A stretch of DNA of 64,000 nucleotides, from the NCBI GenBank assembly GCA_944363735.1, contig CALVVB010000001.1, positions 3,524-67,523 of the forward strand, read 5' to 3'. The notes under the pieces were generated by a model. It saw nothing but the letters and a program-made list of their open reading frames with translations. It was not told the origin of the DNA and searched no databases. The position numbers were made by a program, and so were the translations under genes. Every line of letters starts with the position of its first letter. The first letter of the stretch is position 1. Shown in pieces: positions 48,222-57,913 of the stretch. The DNA comes from an uncultured Bacilli bacterium (lineage in GTDB: Bacteria > Bacillota_I > Bacilli_A > RF39 > UBA660).

Positions 48222-48332
48222 ATGAGTATAAAAAGATTAATCAGTGATGAAGAAATGGAAGAGATTATAAAAAAAGAAATACTTCCATTAAGATTTCATA
48301 CTGTAAACCCACTTGTAAAAGAAGTTAAATAA
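48222..48332 (+). CDS. Possible 36-aa small protein
   Basis: Not in the ORF track. GGGTGA lies 6 nt upstream of the ATG. Sequence is MSIKRLISDEEMEEIIKKEILPLRFHTVNPLVKEVK. The stop sits inside hairpin GAAGTT..AACTTC followed by T6. Confidence 0.3.
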   Translation: MSIKRLISDEEMEEIIKKEILPLRFHTVNPLVKEVK

Positions 48333-48391
48333 AACTTCTTTTTTATGGTTATATAACTAAGTTGTGCTAAACTTAAATTAGAGGTGAGAGT

Positions 48392-49126
48392 ATGAAGAAG
48401 AATATTATAATAATAATTTTACTATTATGCTTAATTGGAACAAGTGGTTATATTGTATACGATAATTATTTATATGCTGACAAAAAAGAAGATAATGAAA
48501 AGAATATTGATAATAACAATCAAAAAGATACTAAAAAAAATTTGAATGTTAATAGTATTTACATAAAAGAACTAATTGATAGATATAATTATTATTTTAT
48601 TAATGATTTTGATTTAGAAAAGACACTTTATGGAAAAACCAATACAACACCTGATAATTTTCAAGAAGATTTTATAAAACAAACAGCAGTTTATGCATCA
48701 AATGAAAAATACGGTTATACTACTGAACTGTTGCATGAACAAATTAGAAAATTGTATGGTCCAAATATAACTATAAAGGATAGTAGTTTTGTTATGAATT
48801 GTGGTACATATGAATATGATGGTATTAATAATATGTATACAAGAAAAGAAAGTGAAGGTTGTGGTGGAAGCAGTATGAGCTATTTAAATAGAAAAATTGT
48901 TGAAGCCAGAAAAGAAGATAGTAAGTTATTAATTGATGTCGCTGTAGCAAGAGTAGACAATGAAAACAATGTAGTATTAAATACAACAGGAGAAGCAATA
49001 GATGGCATAACTGCCGAAACTTTCAATATAGATAAAGATTATGACAAAATAAATAGATATCGCTACACCTTCACCTATGACGAAGAAAATTATAATTATT
49101 ATTTGGAAAGTATTACAAAAATATGA
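48392..49126 (+). CDS. Hypothetical membrane-anchored protein
   Basis: 244 aa with RBS GAGGTGAG, an N-terminal TM, an N/K/D linker and a globular domain. Confidence 0.5.
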   Translation: MKKNIIIIILLLCLIGTSGYIVYDNYLYADKKEDNEKNIDNNNQKDTKKNLNVNSIYIKELIDRYNYYFINDFDLEKTLYGKTNTTPDNFQEDFIKQTAVYASNEKYGYTTELLHEQIRKLYGPNITIKDSSFVMNCGTYEYDGINNMYTRKESEGCGGSSMSYLNRKIVEARKEDSKLLIDVAVARVDNENNVVLNTTGEAIDGITAETFNIDKDYDKINRYRYTFTYDEENYNYYLESITKI

Positions 49127-49238
49127 TTTTTAATTAACTTATAATGAATAATAAGCAAGTATAAGAAAGAAACATCTTTCTTTTTCTTTTGACAAACACT
49201 AGATACTTGCTTTATTATATATATGAAAGGTGTTGTTT

Positions 49239-50096
49239 ATGTTAGTAAATTTTAATGAAATGTTAAACTTAGCAAAAAAAGATAAATATGCTGTTCCTCA
49301 TTTTAATATTAATAATTTGGAATGGGCTAAATATGTTTTAGAAAAGATGCAAGAAGAGAATCTTCCCGTAATATTAGGAGTTAGTGAAGGTGCTAAAAAA
49401 TATATGGGAGGTTTTTATACGATTAGATGTATGGTAGAAGGTCTAATTAAAGATTTAAATATAACAATTCCTGTATGTTTACATCTAGACCATGGAAGTA
49501 GTTTTGAATCATGCAAAGAAGCGATAGATGCTGGCTTTTCTAGTGTTATGATAGATGCTAGTAAATATGATTTAGAAACTAATAAAAAGATAACTAAAGA
49601 AGTAGTAGATTATGCTCACTCTAAAGGTGTATCAGTAGAAGCAGAAGTAGGTCATGTTGGTGGTGCTGAAGATAATGTTTATGGTGATGTTTTTAGAGCA
49701 ACTCTAGAAGACTGTATAGAAATATCTAAAACAGGAATAGATGCTCTAGCACCAGCTCTAGGTTCAGTTCATGGAATATATAAAGGAGAACCTAATCTTG
49801 ACTTTGATAGAATGAAGCAAATAGATGAAACTTTATCTATTCCTTTAGTACTACATGGTGGAACAGGTATTCCTTATGATATGATTAAAAAAGCAATAAG
49901 TTGTGGAATTAGTAAAATAAATATAAATACAGAACTACAAGTAACTTGGCATAAAGACGTATTAGAATTTATAAAAGAAAACCCTAACATTTATGACCCA
50001 AGAAAAGTAATAGGTAGTGGAGAAGTATCTATAAAAAATAAAATTAATGAACTTATAGATATTTTTAACCCAAATCATATTAGTTCCAAAAATTAA
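49239..50096 (+). CDS. fba: Class II fructose-1,6-bisphosphate aldolase
   Basis: [29 protein letters not shown] and HLDHG. The ATG at 49239 follows GAAAGGTG; the tracked start at 49230 is unlikely. Confidence 0.9.
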   Translation: MLVNFNEMLNLAKKDKYAVPHFNINNLEWAKYVLEKMQEENLPVILGVSEGAKKYMGGFYTIRCMVEGLIKDLNITIPVCLHLDHGSSFESCKEAIDAGFSSVMIDASKYDLETNKKITKEVVDYAHSKGVSVEAEVGHVGGAEDNVYGDVFRATLEDCIEISKTGIDALAPALGSVHGIYKGEPNLDFDRMKQIDETLSIPLVLHGGTGIPYDMIKKAISCGISKININTELQVTWHKDVLEFIKENPNIYDPRKVIGSGEVSIKNKINELIDIFNPNHISSKN

Positions 50097-50136
50097 GAAA
50101 ATAATATAATATAATAAGAGAGGTTTGTGATTAACT

Positions 50137-51390
50137 ATGAAAATGCTTGAAATAAAAGGAGGAAATCCTCTTTCTGGGACAATAAGAATAAGTGGGGCTA
50201 AAAATAGTGTTGTAGCATTAATACCAGCTGCAATTTTATCTGAGGAAGAAGTAACAATATGTAATGTTCCTGATATTACTGATACTGCTGCTCTTTGTGA
50301 AATATTAGAATTTTTAAATGTTGATGTAAAAAGAGCGACAGAAAGTTTGGTAATTAATCCATCTAACATGGAAAATAAAGAAATACCTAGTATGTATACA
50401 AAAAAATTAAGAGCATCATACTATTTTATGGGAGCTATGCTTGGTAAATATAAAAAAGTAACTATGGCTTTACCAGGGGGATGTTCTATTGGAGCAAGAC
50501 CAATTAATCTTCATCTTAAAGGATTTGAAGCCCTAGGTGCCACTGTAACTAATAAGGAAAATATTTATACTGTAGAAGCTAAAAATTTAAAAGGAGCTAA
50601 TATTTATTTAGACTTTGCTAGTGTAGGAGCAACGATTAATATTATGTTAGCAGCAGTTTTAGCTAAGGGAACAACCATTATTGATAATGCTGCTAAAGAA
50701 CCAGAAATTGTTAATGTAGCAACATTACTTAACAATATGGGTGCTAAAATAAGAGGGGCAGGAACAAGTAGCATTGAAATAACAGGTGTAGAAAAGTTAG
50801 GTAAATGTTTCCACGAAGTAATACCTGATAGAATCGAAGCAGGAACTTATGTAATATTAGGCGCTGCTATTGGTAGTAATTTAAAAATATCTAATATTAT
50901 CCCAGAACATATAGAAGCCTTAACTAGTAAATTAGAAGAAATGGGAGTTTTTCTCGATATAGGAACAGACTATATAATTGTAAGTAGTGGAAAAGACTAT
51001 AAACCAGTAAATGTTAAAACACAAACCTATCCAGGATTTGCCACAGATTTACAACAACCATTAACACCACTTCTTACTATGTGTGATGGTAGAAGCAAAA
51101 TAGAAGAAACGATTTATGAAAATAGATTTATGCATATTCCATACTTAAATCAGATGGGCGCTGATATAAGAGTAAAAAATCAAACCTCAACTATTATTGG
51201 TCCAACTGAATTAATAGGAGCAGATGTGGTTGCCACAGACTTAAGAGCAGGGGCAGCATTAGTAATCGCAGGATTAATGGCTAAAGGAACAACTAAAATA
51301 ACAAATGTTGAACACATACTTAGAGGATATGAAAATATTGTAGAAAAACTAATAGGAGTAGGAGCAAATTTAGAGTTAAAAGATATATAA
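50137..51390 (+). CDS. murA: UDP-N-acetylglucosamine 1-carboxyvinyltransferase
   Basis: ISGAKNS N-terminus and active-site Cys context LPGGCSIGARPI, 417 aa. Confidence 0.93.
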   Translation: MKMLEIKGGNPLSGTIRISGAKNSVVALIPAAILSEEEVTICNVPDITDTAALCEILEFLNVDVKRATESLVINPSNMENKEIPSMYTKKLRASYYFMGAMLGKYKKVTMALPGGCSIGARPINLHLKGFEALGATVTNKENIYTVEAKNLKGANIYLDFASVGATINIMLAAVLAKGTTIIDNAAKEPEIVNVATLLNNMGAKIRGAGTSSIEITGVEKLGKCFHEVIPDRIEAGTYVILGAAIGSNLKISNIIPEHIEALTSKLEEMGVFLDIGTDYIIVSSGKDYKPVNVKTQTYPGFATDLQQPLTPLLTMCDGRSKIEETIYENRFMHIPYLNQMGADIRVKNQTSTIIGPTELIGADVVATDLRAGAALVIAGLMAKGTTKITNVEHILRGYENIVEKLIGVGANLELKDI

Positions 51391-51402
51391 AAGCATTAAA
51401 AA

Positions 51403-51448
51403 GAGACTAGAGAAATATAATTATAATATATGACTCTAGTCTTTTTTT
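51403..51448 (+). terminator. Terminator-like hairpin after murA
   Basis: GAGACTAGAG (51403-51412) pairs with CTCTAGTC (51434-41) and is followed by T7. The 21-nt loop weakens the call. Confidence 0.5.
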
Positions 51449-51458
51449 GGAGGTAAAA

Positions 51459-52181
51459 ATGAAAAAAATATTATGTCTTTTAATCATCTGCCTTTTAGTA
51501 TATGCAATATATTATTTTAATCACACTGATAAGATAACTTATATATCGATAGGAGATTCTTTAAGTGTTGGAATAGACTCAAATGGTAATTCTAACTATG
51601 GATATAGTAACTACCTTGCTAATTATCTTAAAGATAAAGATTTATTAAAAAGTTACAATAATTATTTTTCTACAAGCGGTACTAGAATAATAGATTTAAA
51701 AAATAAATTAGAAACAAACTGGACTATAACAAAAGATGGAGGATCTTTATCTTTGAAAAAATGTCTCCGAGAAGCTGATTTAGTAACTTTATCAGTAGGA
51801 ATGGATGATATCATAACAAGTTTAACTTTATCCACAGTTAGTGTGGAAAACCTATCTAACAAAGAAATAACTACAATAGTAGATAAAACAATTGAAGAGT
51901 TAGATAGTCTTTTTAAAGAGTTAAGAAAATATGCTAAACAAGATATAATCTTTATAGGTTTTTATAATCCCCTAGAAGAGGAAGCATTAACTACAGAAAG
52001 ACTCTATACTTATTTAATAACCAAAACTAAAGCTCTTTGCAAAAATTATGATATAGAGTATTTAGATATTTATAATATATTTAAGAAAAATAAAGATTAC
52101 ATAGATAATCCTACTAACATCTACCCATCTACAGAAGCTTATCAAATGATTGCCACAAAAATAATAGAGAATTATCTATAG
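51459..52181 (+). CDS. SGNH/GDSL-family hydrolase, membrane-anchored
   Basis: GGAGGT precedes the ATG at 51459. Has an N-terminal TM and the block I motif ISIGDSLSVG. Confidence 0.75.
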   Translation: MKKILCLLIICLLVYAIYYFNHTDKITYISIGDSLSVGIDSNGNSNYGYSNYLANYLKDKDLLKSYNNYFSTSGTRIIDLKNKLETNWTITKDGGSLSLKKCLREADLVTLSVGMDDIITSLTLSTVSVENLSNKEITTIVDKTIEELDSLFKELRKYAKQDIIFIGFYNPLEEEALTTERLYTYLITKTKALCKNYDIEYLDIYNIFKKNKDYIDNPTNIYPSTEAYQMIATKIIENYL

Positions 52182-52506
52182 ATTAAATTATAGTGAAAAC
52201 ACACTTGATAAAAAGATACTTATGTATATGTAAAAGAAATTTACATACAATAAAAAAGATCAACACTTAATATTACCGTGCTGAGTGAGCTAACAAATTT
52301 AAGTTTGATTAGACCCTAATCCACGTTGTGAATTAGGTTAGTTCTATTTATATTGTTAATAATAATAACTTTATAAGTAAAATGTTCCTAAACTAATAGC
52401 ATCATATTAATTTCTATAAAACACTAAAAATATAATAAATTAGCTACAAATTTTCGTAAATATGTATTTAGATTTAATTTTTAGATATGAAAATCTGTTA
52501 AAAAAC

Positions 52507-52535
52507 TTGCCAAATCCTAAATAATTTGATATATT
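52507..52535 (+). promoter_or_regulatory. Extended -10 promoter of rpmE
   Basis: TTGCCA (52507-52512), a 17-nt spacer ending in TGA, then TATATT (52530-52535). Confidence 0.55.
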
Positions 52536-52609
52536 AAGTAGCGAATTAGTTCCTTAAGGGGATAATTTCTATGATAAATAAATTATCATGGCGAAAGGAG
52601 AGAAGAAAA

Positions 52610-52819
52610 ATGGCAAAAAATAATCCAGCAAACTATAGACCATGTAAAGTAACATGTGCTTGTGGTGCAACATTTGAAGTAATGTCTAATAAAGATGAAA
52701 TAAGTGTTGAAGTATGTTCAAATTGTCATCCATTCTATACAGGAAAACAAGGAAGAGCATCTAAAGCAGGACAAGTAGAGAAGTTCAATAAGAAATATGG
52801 TTTTAATAAAAAAGATTAG
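52610..52819 (+). CDS. rpmE: 50S ribosomal protein L31 (Cys-containing type A)
   Basis: GGAGAG RBS. MAKNNPANYRPCKVTCACG..CSNCHPFYTGKQ aligns residue for residue with the B. subtilis L31 N-terminus as I recall it. The tracked start at 52571 is an upstream extension. Confidence 0.92.
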   Translation: MAKNNPANYRPCKVTCACGATFEVMSNKDEISVEVCSNCHPFYTGKQGRASKAGQVEKFNKKYGFNKKD

Positions 52820-52824
52820 AGAAT

Positions 52825-52846
52825 AAGCAGTGTTTGCTGCTTTTTT
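52825..52846 (+). terminator. Rho-independent terminator after rpmE
   Basis: AAGCAG-tgtttg-CTGCTT followed by a T-run. Confidence 0.65.
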
Positions 52847-52883
52847 CTTTTAATTTATGTTATACTAAAGTAGGGGAATAAAG

Positions 52884-53327
52884 ATGTATGATTTTACTTT
52901 AGAAGAAATATTATCTCTTAACAATAAAAATTTATATGAGACATATCATAAGGAATTAAAAAATTTAAAAACTAATAGAATAGCAAGACAAATAACTGAA
53001 AGAATGTATGGCAAAAGTATAAATGAAATATACGAAGCCATATTAAAAGAAGAGACCATAAATACTAGTACAGATACTGATTTCTTTATAGGAGATATAG
53101 TTTTACTTCATGAAAGTATTAAAGAATATCATACTAAAACAGGTATAACTTGTGATTTTTCTGCTAATATGATTAAAAGAGGAGGACTTTATTTAAATTA
53201 TCGTCCTATTCTAGAAAATTTAACAACTAAAAAAGTATACGTTTTAAAAAGAAGCATTAGAGTAGAACCAGCATATTATGGATTTATTACCAACAAATAT
53301 TACAGAATTAGAAGAACTAAATTATAA
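52884..53327 (+). CDS. Hypothetical 147-aa protein (possibly frameshifted at its 3' end)
   Basis: ORF with RBS GGGGAA. An overlapping frame continues to the rpiB start (see findings). Confidence 0.45.
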   Translation: MYDFTLEEILSLNNKNLYETYHKELKNLKTNRIARQITERMYGKSINEIYEAILKEETINTSTDTDFFIGDIVLLHESIKEYHTKTGITCDFSANMIKRGGLYLNYRPILENLTTKKVYVLKRSIRVEPAYYGFITNKYYRIRRTKL

Positions 53328-53417
53328 GATGAAACTGCAAATAGAAGATAATTATATAGATTATTCCCATCTTAATCAAGTAATGGGAGGAACACTAGTG
53401 TTGAGGAGGTTAAATAA

Positions 53418-53864
53418 ATGAGATTAGGAATAACTAATGACCATAGAGGTTATAAATTAAAGGTAGAACTTTTAGAAAAATTAAAAAAAGATTATGAAGT
53501 AATCGATTATGGTGCTAAAGGAACAGAAAATGTTGACTATCCTTTGTATGCTTTTAAATTAGGGGAAGCTCTTGCTAATAAAGAAATAGACTTTGGTATT
53601 GCTATTTGTGGTAGTGGGATAGGAATATCTATTGCCTGTAATAAAGTAAAAGGAGTCCGTGCTGCAAGAGTATTATCAATAGAAGACGTAATAGAAACAA
53701 GAGGAGATAATGATGCTAATATTATCTGCTTAAATGAAAATATGTCTCTTGATCCAGCATATAACCTAATTATTACCTTTATAACAACTCCATTTTCAAA
53801 TCAAGAAAGACATATTAGAAGAATAAATCAAATAAAAGAATATGAGGTAGGAAATGAGCGTTAA
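53418..53864 (+). CDS. rpiB: Ribose-5-phosphate isomerase B
   Basis: GIAICGSGIGISIACNKVKGVRAA, RpiB/LacAB family, 148 aa. Confidence 0.92.
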   Translation: MRLGITNDHRGYKLKVELLEKLKKDYEVIDYGAKGTENVDYPLYAFKLGEALANKEIDFGIAICGSGIGISIACNKVKGVRAARVLSIEDVIETRGDNDANIICLNENMSLDPAYNLIITFITTPFSNQERHIRRINQIKEYEVGNER

Positions 53865-54051
53865 ATACTTTTTATATTTCATCGTAACAATTATTGTTAT
53901 TTGGAGTTTAGATTCAATTAACATCAATGCTATTTTAAAAAAAAATAAAATTTGGCAAGCAAGAGTATTTTATTTCTTTTTAACAATTTCCTTAATCTAT
54001 TTAGTAACAAACTGTATTTATGACTTGTATGAATCAGCAATAATTGTTTAA
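53854..54051 (+). CDS. DUF1146 (YwzB-like) small membrane protein
   Basis: 65 aa with 2 TM segments. Called on size and topology only. Confidence 0.45.
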   Translation: MSVKYFLYFIVTIIVIWSLDSININAILKKNKIWQARVFYFFLTISLIYLVTNCIYDLYESAIIV

Positions 54052-54113
54052 AAAATAAAATTTAAAGTATAATTTTTTCATTTTCGTCAAGACTCTTAAT
54101 GAGGTGGTGGATA

Positions 54114-54818
54114 ATGAAAAAATTAAGATTAAAAAAAGGTGTTATAATCGGTGCTTATTTAATTGCTTTCTCTCTAACAGGAATGAGTGCTTTCTTTGTA
54201 AGTCAAAACATGAAAATGAATAATCCAACTGAAGAAGACATAGAATATGTTAACTCATCAATAATTGATGACAAAGAAGACCAAGAAGTAATTAAAGAAG
54301 ATGTGAAAATGTTAAAACCATTTACAAATGACCAAGTAGAAACACTTAAGTATTTTTATGACTATCAAGCAGATTCATCAGCCCAAGAAAAATCAATTTT
54401 ATATCATGAAAATACCTATATTCAAAATTCAGGCATGGATTTTGGACTAACAGATTCATTTGATGTAGTATCCGTATTAGATGGTACTGTTTTAGATGTA
54501 AAAGAAGATGAGCTTCTTGGAACTGTTGTAGAAATAAAACATGATAATGACTTCATTAGTAGTTATCAGAGCTTAAGTGAAGTATCGGTTAAAAAGAATG
54601 ATACAGTTAAGCAAGGTCAAGTAATTGGTAAAAGTGGAACTAATACAATTGATCAAGATTTAGGGAATCATTTACATTTTGAGTTATATAAATCTGGCGA
54701 AGTAGTAGATCCTAGCAAATATTTTGATCAAGTAATCAGCAATAGCGATGATAAACAAACAACTACTGAAACAAAAACAGAAGAACAAACCGAAGAAAAT
54801 ACTAACACTAATGAATAA
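54114..54818 (+). CDS. spoIIQ: SpoIIQ-like membrane-anchored degenerate LytM (M23) protein
   Basis: GAGGTGGTGG precedes the ATG at 54114. Has an N-terminal TM. YQSLSEVSVKKNDTVKQGQVIGKSGTN..GNHLHFELYK resembles B. subtilis SpoIIQ as I recall it. The first Zn ligand is Asn (NSGMD, 54426-54440). Confidence 0.55.
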   Translation: MKKLRLKKGVIIGAYLIAFSLTGMSAFFVSQNMKMNNPTEEDIEYVNSSIIDDKEDQEVIKEDVKMLKPFTNDQVETLKYFYDYQADSSAQEKSILYHENTYIQNSGMDFGLTDSFDVVSVLDGTVLDVKEDELLGTVVEIKHDNDFISSYQSLSEVSVKKNDTVKQGQVIGKSGTNTIDQDLGNHLHFELYKSGEVVDPSKYFDQVISNSDDKQTTTETKTEEQTEENTNTNE

Positions 54819-54908
54819 ACGGAGTAAATACCGTTTTTTTTCTAACAAAAGGAATTTACAACAAATTATATTTCTGCTAAAATATTAACAGTAAAAGGAC
54901 GTGATAAG

Positions 54909-55901
54909 ATGCTATCAAAAGATATTGGTATAGATTTAGGAACTGCAAATGTATTAATATATATAAAAGGGGAAGGTATAGTTTTAAATGAGCCTAGTGT
55001 AGTTGCTATTGAAACAGATAATAAGAAAGTTGTAGCAGTAGGTAAAGAAGCTAGTGAAATGCTAGGAAGAACTCCAGAAAAAGTAAAAGCAATTAAACCT
55101 ATGAAAGATGGTGTCATAGCAGACTTTGAAATTACAGAAATAATGCTTGATTATTTTATTAGAAAAATACATGCCAGGAACTTTTTATCAAGACCTAGAA
55201 TATTAATATGTTGTCCTACCAATGTAACACCTGTTGAAAAGAATGCTATTAAAGAAGCAGCAGAACGCACTGGAGCAAGGAAAGTATATCTAGAAGAAGA
55301 ACCTAAAGTAGCTGCTATAGGAGCTGGTATGGATATATCTAAACCTAGTGCTAATATGGTAATAGATATCGGTGGAGGAACAACAGACATTGCTATCCTT
55401 TCTTTAAATGATATTGTAAACAGTGCATCAGTTCGTATTGCAGGAAATGTTTTTGATCAAGATATTGTTAAATATATTAAAGATAAATACAAACTATTAA
55501 TAGGGGAAAAAACTGCAGAAGATATAAAAATAGAATTTGCAAACCTATATGAGCCTGATAAGAAAAATAAACTAGAGGTAAGAGGAAGAGATTTAGTAAC
55601 AGGATTACCTAATACTATCGAAATAAATGAAACAGAAACAGAAGAAGCTTTACATGAGTCAATTTATAAAATAGTAAAAGCAGCAACTAATGTTTTAGAA
55701 CAAACCCCACCAGAGTTATCTGCAGATATTGTGGAAAAAGGTATTATTCTAACTGGAGGAGGTTCAATGCTTAAAGGACTAAATGAAGTGCTAAAAAAAG
55801 AATTAAAAGTGCCAGTCTTAATAGCAGATAGTCCTCTAACATGTGTAGTTGAAGGAACAGGAGTACTTTTAGATAATATTAAATTACTTGAAGAAAACTA
55901 A
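54909..55901 (+). CDS. mreB: Rod-shape determining actin homolog, MreB/Mbl family
   Basis: DIGIDLGTANVLIY, DIGGGTTDIA, LTGGGSML. Confidence 0.93.
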   Translation: MLSKDIGIDLGTANVLIYIKGEGIVLNEPSVVAIETDNKKVVAVGKEASEMLGRTPEKVKAIKPMKDGVIADFEITEIMLDYFIRKIHARNFLSRPRILICCPTNVTPVEKNAIKEAAERTGARKVYLEEEPKVAAIGAGMDISKPSANMVIDIGGGTTDIAILSLNDIVNSASVRIAGNVFDQDIVKYIKDKYKLLIGEKTAEDIKIEFANLYEPDKKNKLEVRGRDLVTGLPNTIEINETETEEALHESIYKIVKAATNVLEQTPPELSADIVEKGIILTGGGSMLKGLNEVLKKELKVPVLIADSPLTCVVEGTGVLLDNIKLLEEN

Positions 55902-55977
55902 AGATAGTCTTTAGTTTTTCTTTTGTTGTAAAAATTTGTTACTCTTGCTATAATTATTTTAGAAAAGAGGAAGAACT

Positions 55978-57102
55978 ATGAATCAACAAATAATAGATAT
56001 TCTAAAAATAGTTATAACCACTTTTATCTGTTCAGCTTTAATAATGCCATTTATGAAAAGAATAGCTAAACATATTGGAGCGATGGATATACCAAGAAGT
56101 GATGAGGGCAACAGACACATTCATACAAAACCTACTCCTAAATTAGGAGGAGTGGGAATATTTATAGCATTTTTAATAGGTTATATGCTATTTGGTAAAG
56201 AAAGTGTTCAAATGAATTCTATACTAATAGGAAGCTTTATCATAATACTAACCGGTATTGCTGATGATATTAAATCATTAAGGGCAAGAACAAAATTAAT
56301 CGGTCAAATAATTGCTGCATCTATACTTGTTTTCTATGGTGGATTCTTATTAAATAATATTACAGCTTTTGGGTATACAATTAACTTTGGATGGTTTTCC
56401 TATCCTTTAACAATACTCTTTGTAGTAGCATGTGTAAATATAATAAATTTAATTGATGGACTAGATGGCTTAAGTGGTGGAATTAGTAGTATATTCTTCT
56501 TAACTATAGGAATTATTGGTTATTTCCAAGGGCGTAGTGGAACTTTAGTTATGATATTAACCTTTATTATGCTAGGATCAACATTAGGCTTTCTATTACA
56601 CAATTTCTATCCAGCCAAGATATTCTGTGGAGACTGTGCAATGTATTTAGGATTCATGATAGCAGTAATAACTCTTCTAGAGTTTAAAGGACCAGCCCTA
56701 ACAAGTTTATTTGTTCCTCTAATGATTTTAGGAATACCTATACTAGATACTTTATTTGCTATTATAAGAAGACTTCTAAAACACCAAGCTCCATTCTCAC
56801 CAGATAAAGAGCATATTCATCACCAATTACTTGGGATGAACTTTTCACAAAGAACAACAGTATTAATTATATATGGTTTCAATTTTCTATTTGCCTTTGC
56901 TTCCATTTTTTATTCTTTAAAAGACCCAGTTATGGGTAAAATATTATATATACTTATATTTATAATTGTTGTTTGGTTTGTATTAAGAACAACAGTTATC
57001 TCTAAAAAGAACAAAGAAGTAACAGATAATATTATTGAAAAAGTAGGAGGAGTTATCAAAAAAGACTCCAAAACACAAAAAAGGAAAAATAGGGTTAAAT
57101 AA
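55978..57102 (+). CDS. tagO: Glycosyltransferase family 4 (MraY/WecA/TagO-like) undecaprenyl-phosphate sugar-phosphate transferase
   Basis: Polytopic protein with the NLIDGLDGL motif, 374 aa. Confidence 0.8.
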   Translation: MNQQIIDILKIVITTFICSALIMPFMKRIAKHIGAMDIPRSDEGNRHIHTKPTPKLGGVGIFIAFLIGYMLFGKESVQMNSILIGSFIIILTGIADDIKSLRARTKLIGQIIAASILVFYGGFLLNNITAFGYTINFGWFSYPLTILFVVACVNIINLIDGLDGLSGGISSIFFLTIGIIGYFQGRSGTLVMILTFIMLGSTLGFLLHNFYPAKIFCGDCAMYLGFMIAVITLLEFKGPALTSLFVPLMILGIPILDTLFAIIRRLLKHQAPFSPDKEHIHHQLLGMNFSQRTTVLIIYGFNFLFAFASIFYSLKDPVMGKILYILIFIIVVWFVLRTTVISKKNKEVTDNIIEKVGGVIKKDSKTQKRKNRVK

Positions 57103-57184
57103 CTACTATTTTTTTTTGACAAATTTCCTCTAAACTGGAAATATATGGTAAAATCTAAAGGTGTTGATAAAGGAGGACGTAGCA

Positions 57185-57913
57185 GTGTTAAATTTTATTA
57201 TTTGCGATGATGAAGAAGGATTTAGAAAAATAATAATTAGTGAGATTGATAAATTCATGATGAATTATGATGTAGAATATAAGAAGCATGAATGTGAATG
57301 TTATGAGAAAAAATTCGAAACTCTTGCTAGAAAAGAAATGGGATTTAAAGTATATTTCTTTGATATAAAAACTAAAAATGGATCAGGTTTGGATGCTGCA
57401 AGATTCATAAGAGAAGAGCTAGATGATTGGAACTCTATCATTATAATTGTAACAGCTTTTGCAGAATACAGATATGAAGCTTTATCAAACAGATTATATT
57501 TATTAGACTTCATCAGTAAATTTGATAACTGTAGTAAGAAATTAAAAGAAACACTAAAGATAGTATATAAACAATATAATAGTAGAGAAAAGTGTCTTAA
57601 CTATGAATATAATTATATTATTTATAAAATAGAGCTTAAAAATATTATTTTTATAGAAAAAGAGCAAGACAGTAAAAGATGTATAGTGCATACTACATAT
57701 GGAACATTCAAAGCGCCTTTCACACTATCAGCTATATCTAAACAACTTGATAAAAGATTCTTAAAAGTACATAAAAGTCTAATTTTAAATGTAGATAAAA
57801 TAAGAGAGTACGATACTAAGGAAAACGAAGTACTATTTATTAATGGTATGAGTACAAACTTAATATCTAGATCAGGTAAAAAGGAGTTGATTGATTATGT
57901 TACCAATAGGTAA
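57185..57913 (+). CDS. agrA: AgrA-like response regulator (receiver + LytTR DNA-binding domain)
   Basis: AGGAGG (57171-57176) precedes the GTG at 57185. Has receiver residues ICDDE..FFDIKT and a C-terminal LytTR pattern (IFIEKEQ..KVHKSLILNVDKI). Confidence 0.8.
   Translation: MLNFIICDDEEGFRKIIISEIDKFMMNYDVEYKKHECECYEKKFETLARKEMGFKVYFFDIKTKNGSGLDAARFIREELDDWNSIIIIVTAFAEYRYEALSNRLYLLDFISKFDNCSKKLKETLKIVYKQYNSREKCLNYEYNYIIYKIELKNIIFIEKEQDSKRCIVHTTYGTFKAPFTLSAISKQLDKRFLKVHKSLILNVDKIREYDTKENEVLFINGMSTNLISRSGKKELIDYVTNR

Noticed and set aside
52451-52469. Possible Zur box (TCGTAA half-site) upstream of rpmE.
   Set aside because: Only one half-site matches the TCGTAAT-N-ATTACGA consensus. Zur normally controls the Cys-less L31 paralog, whereas this L31 keeps its Cys motifs.
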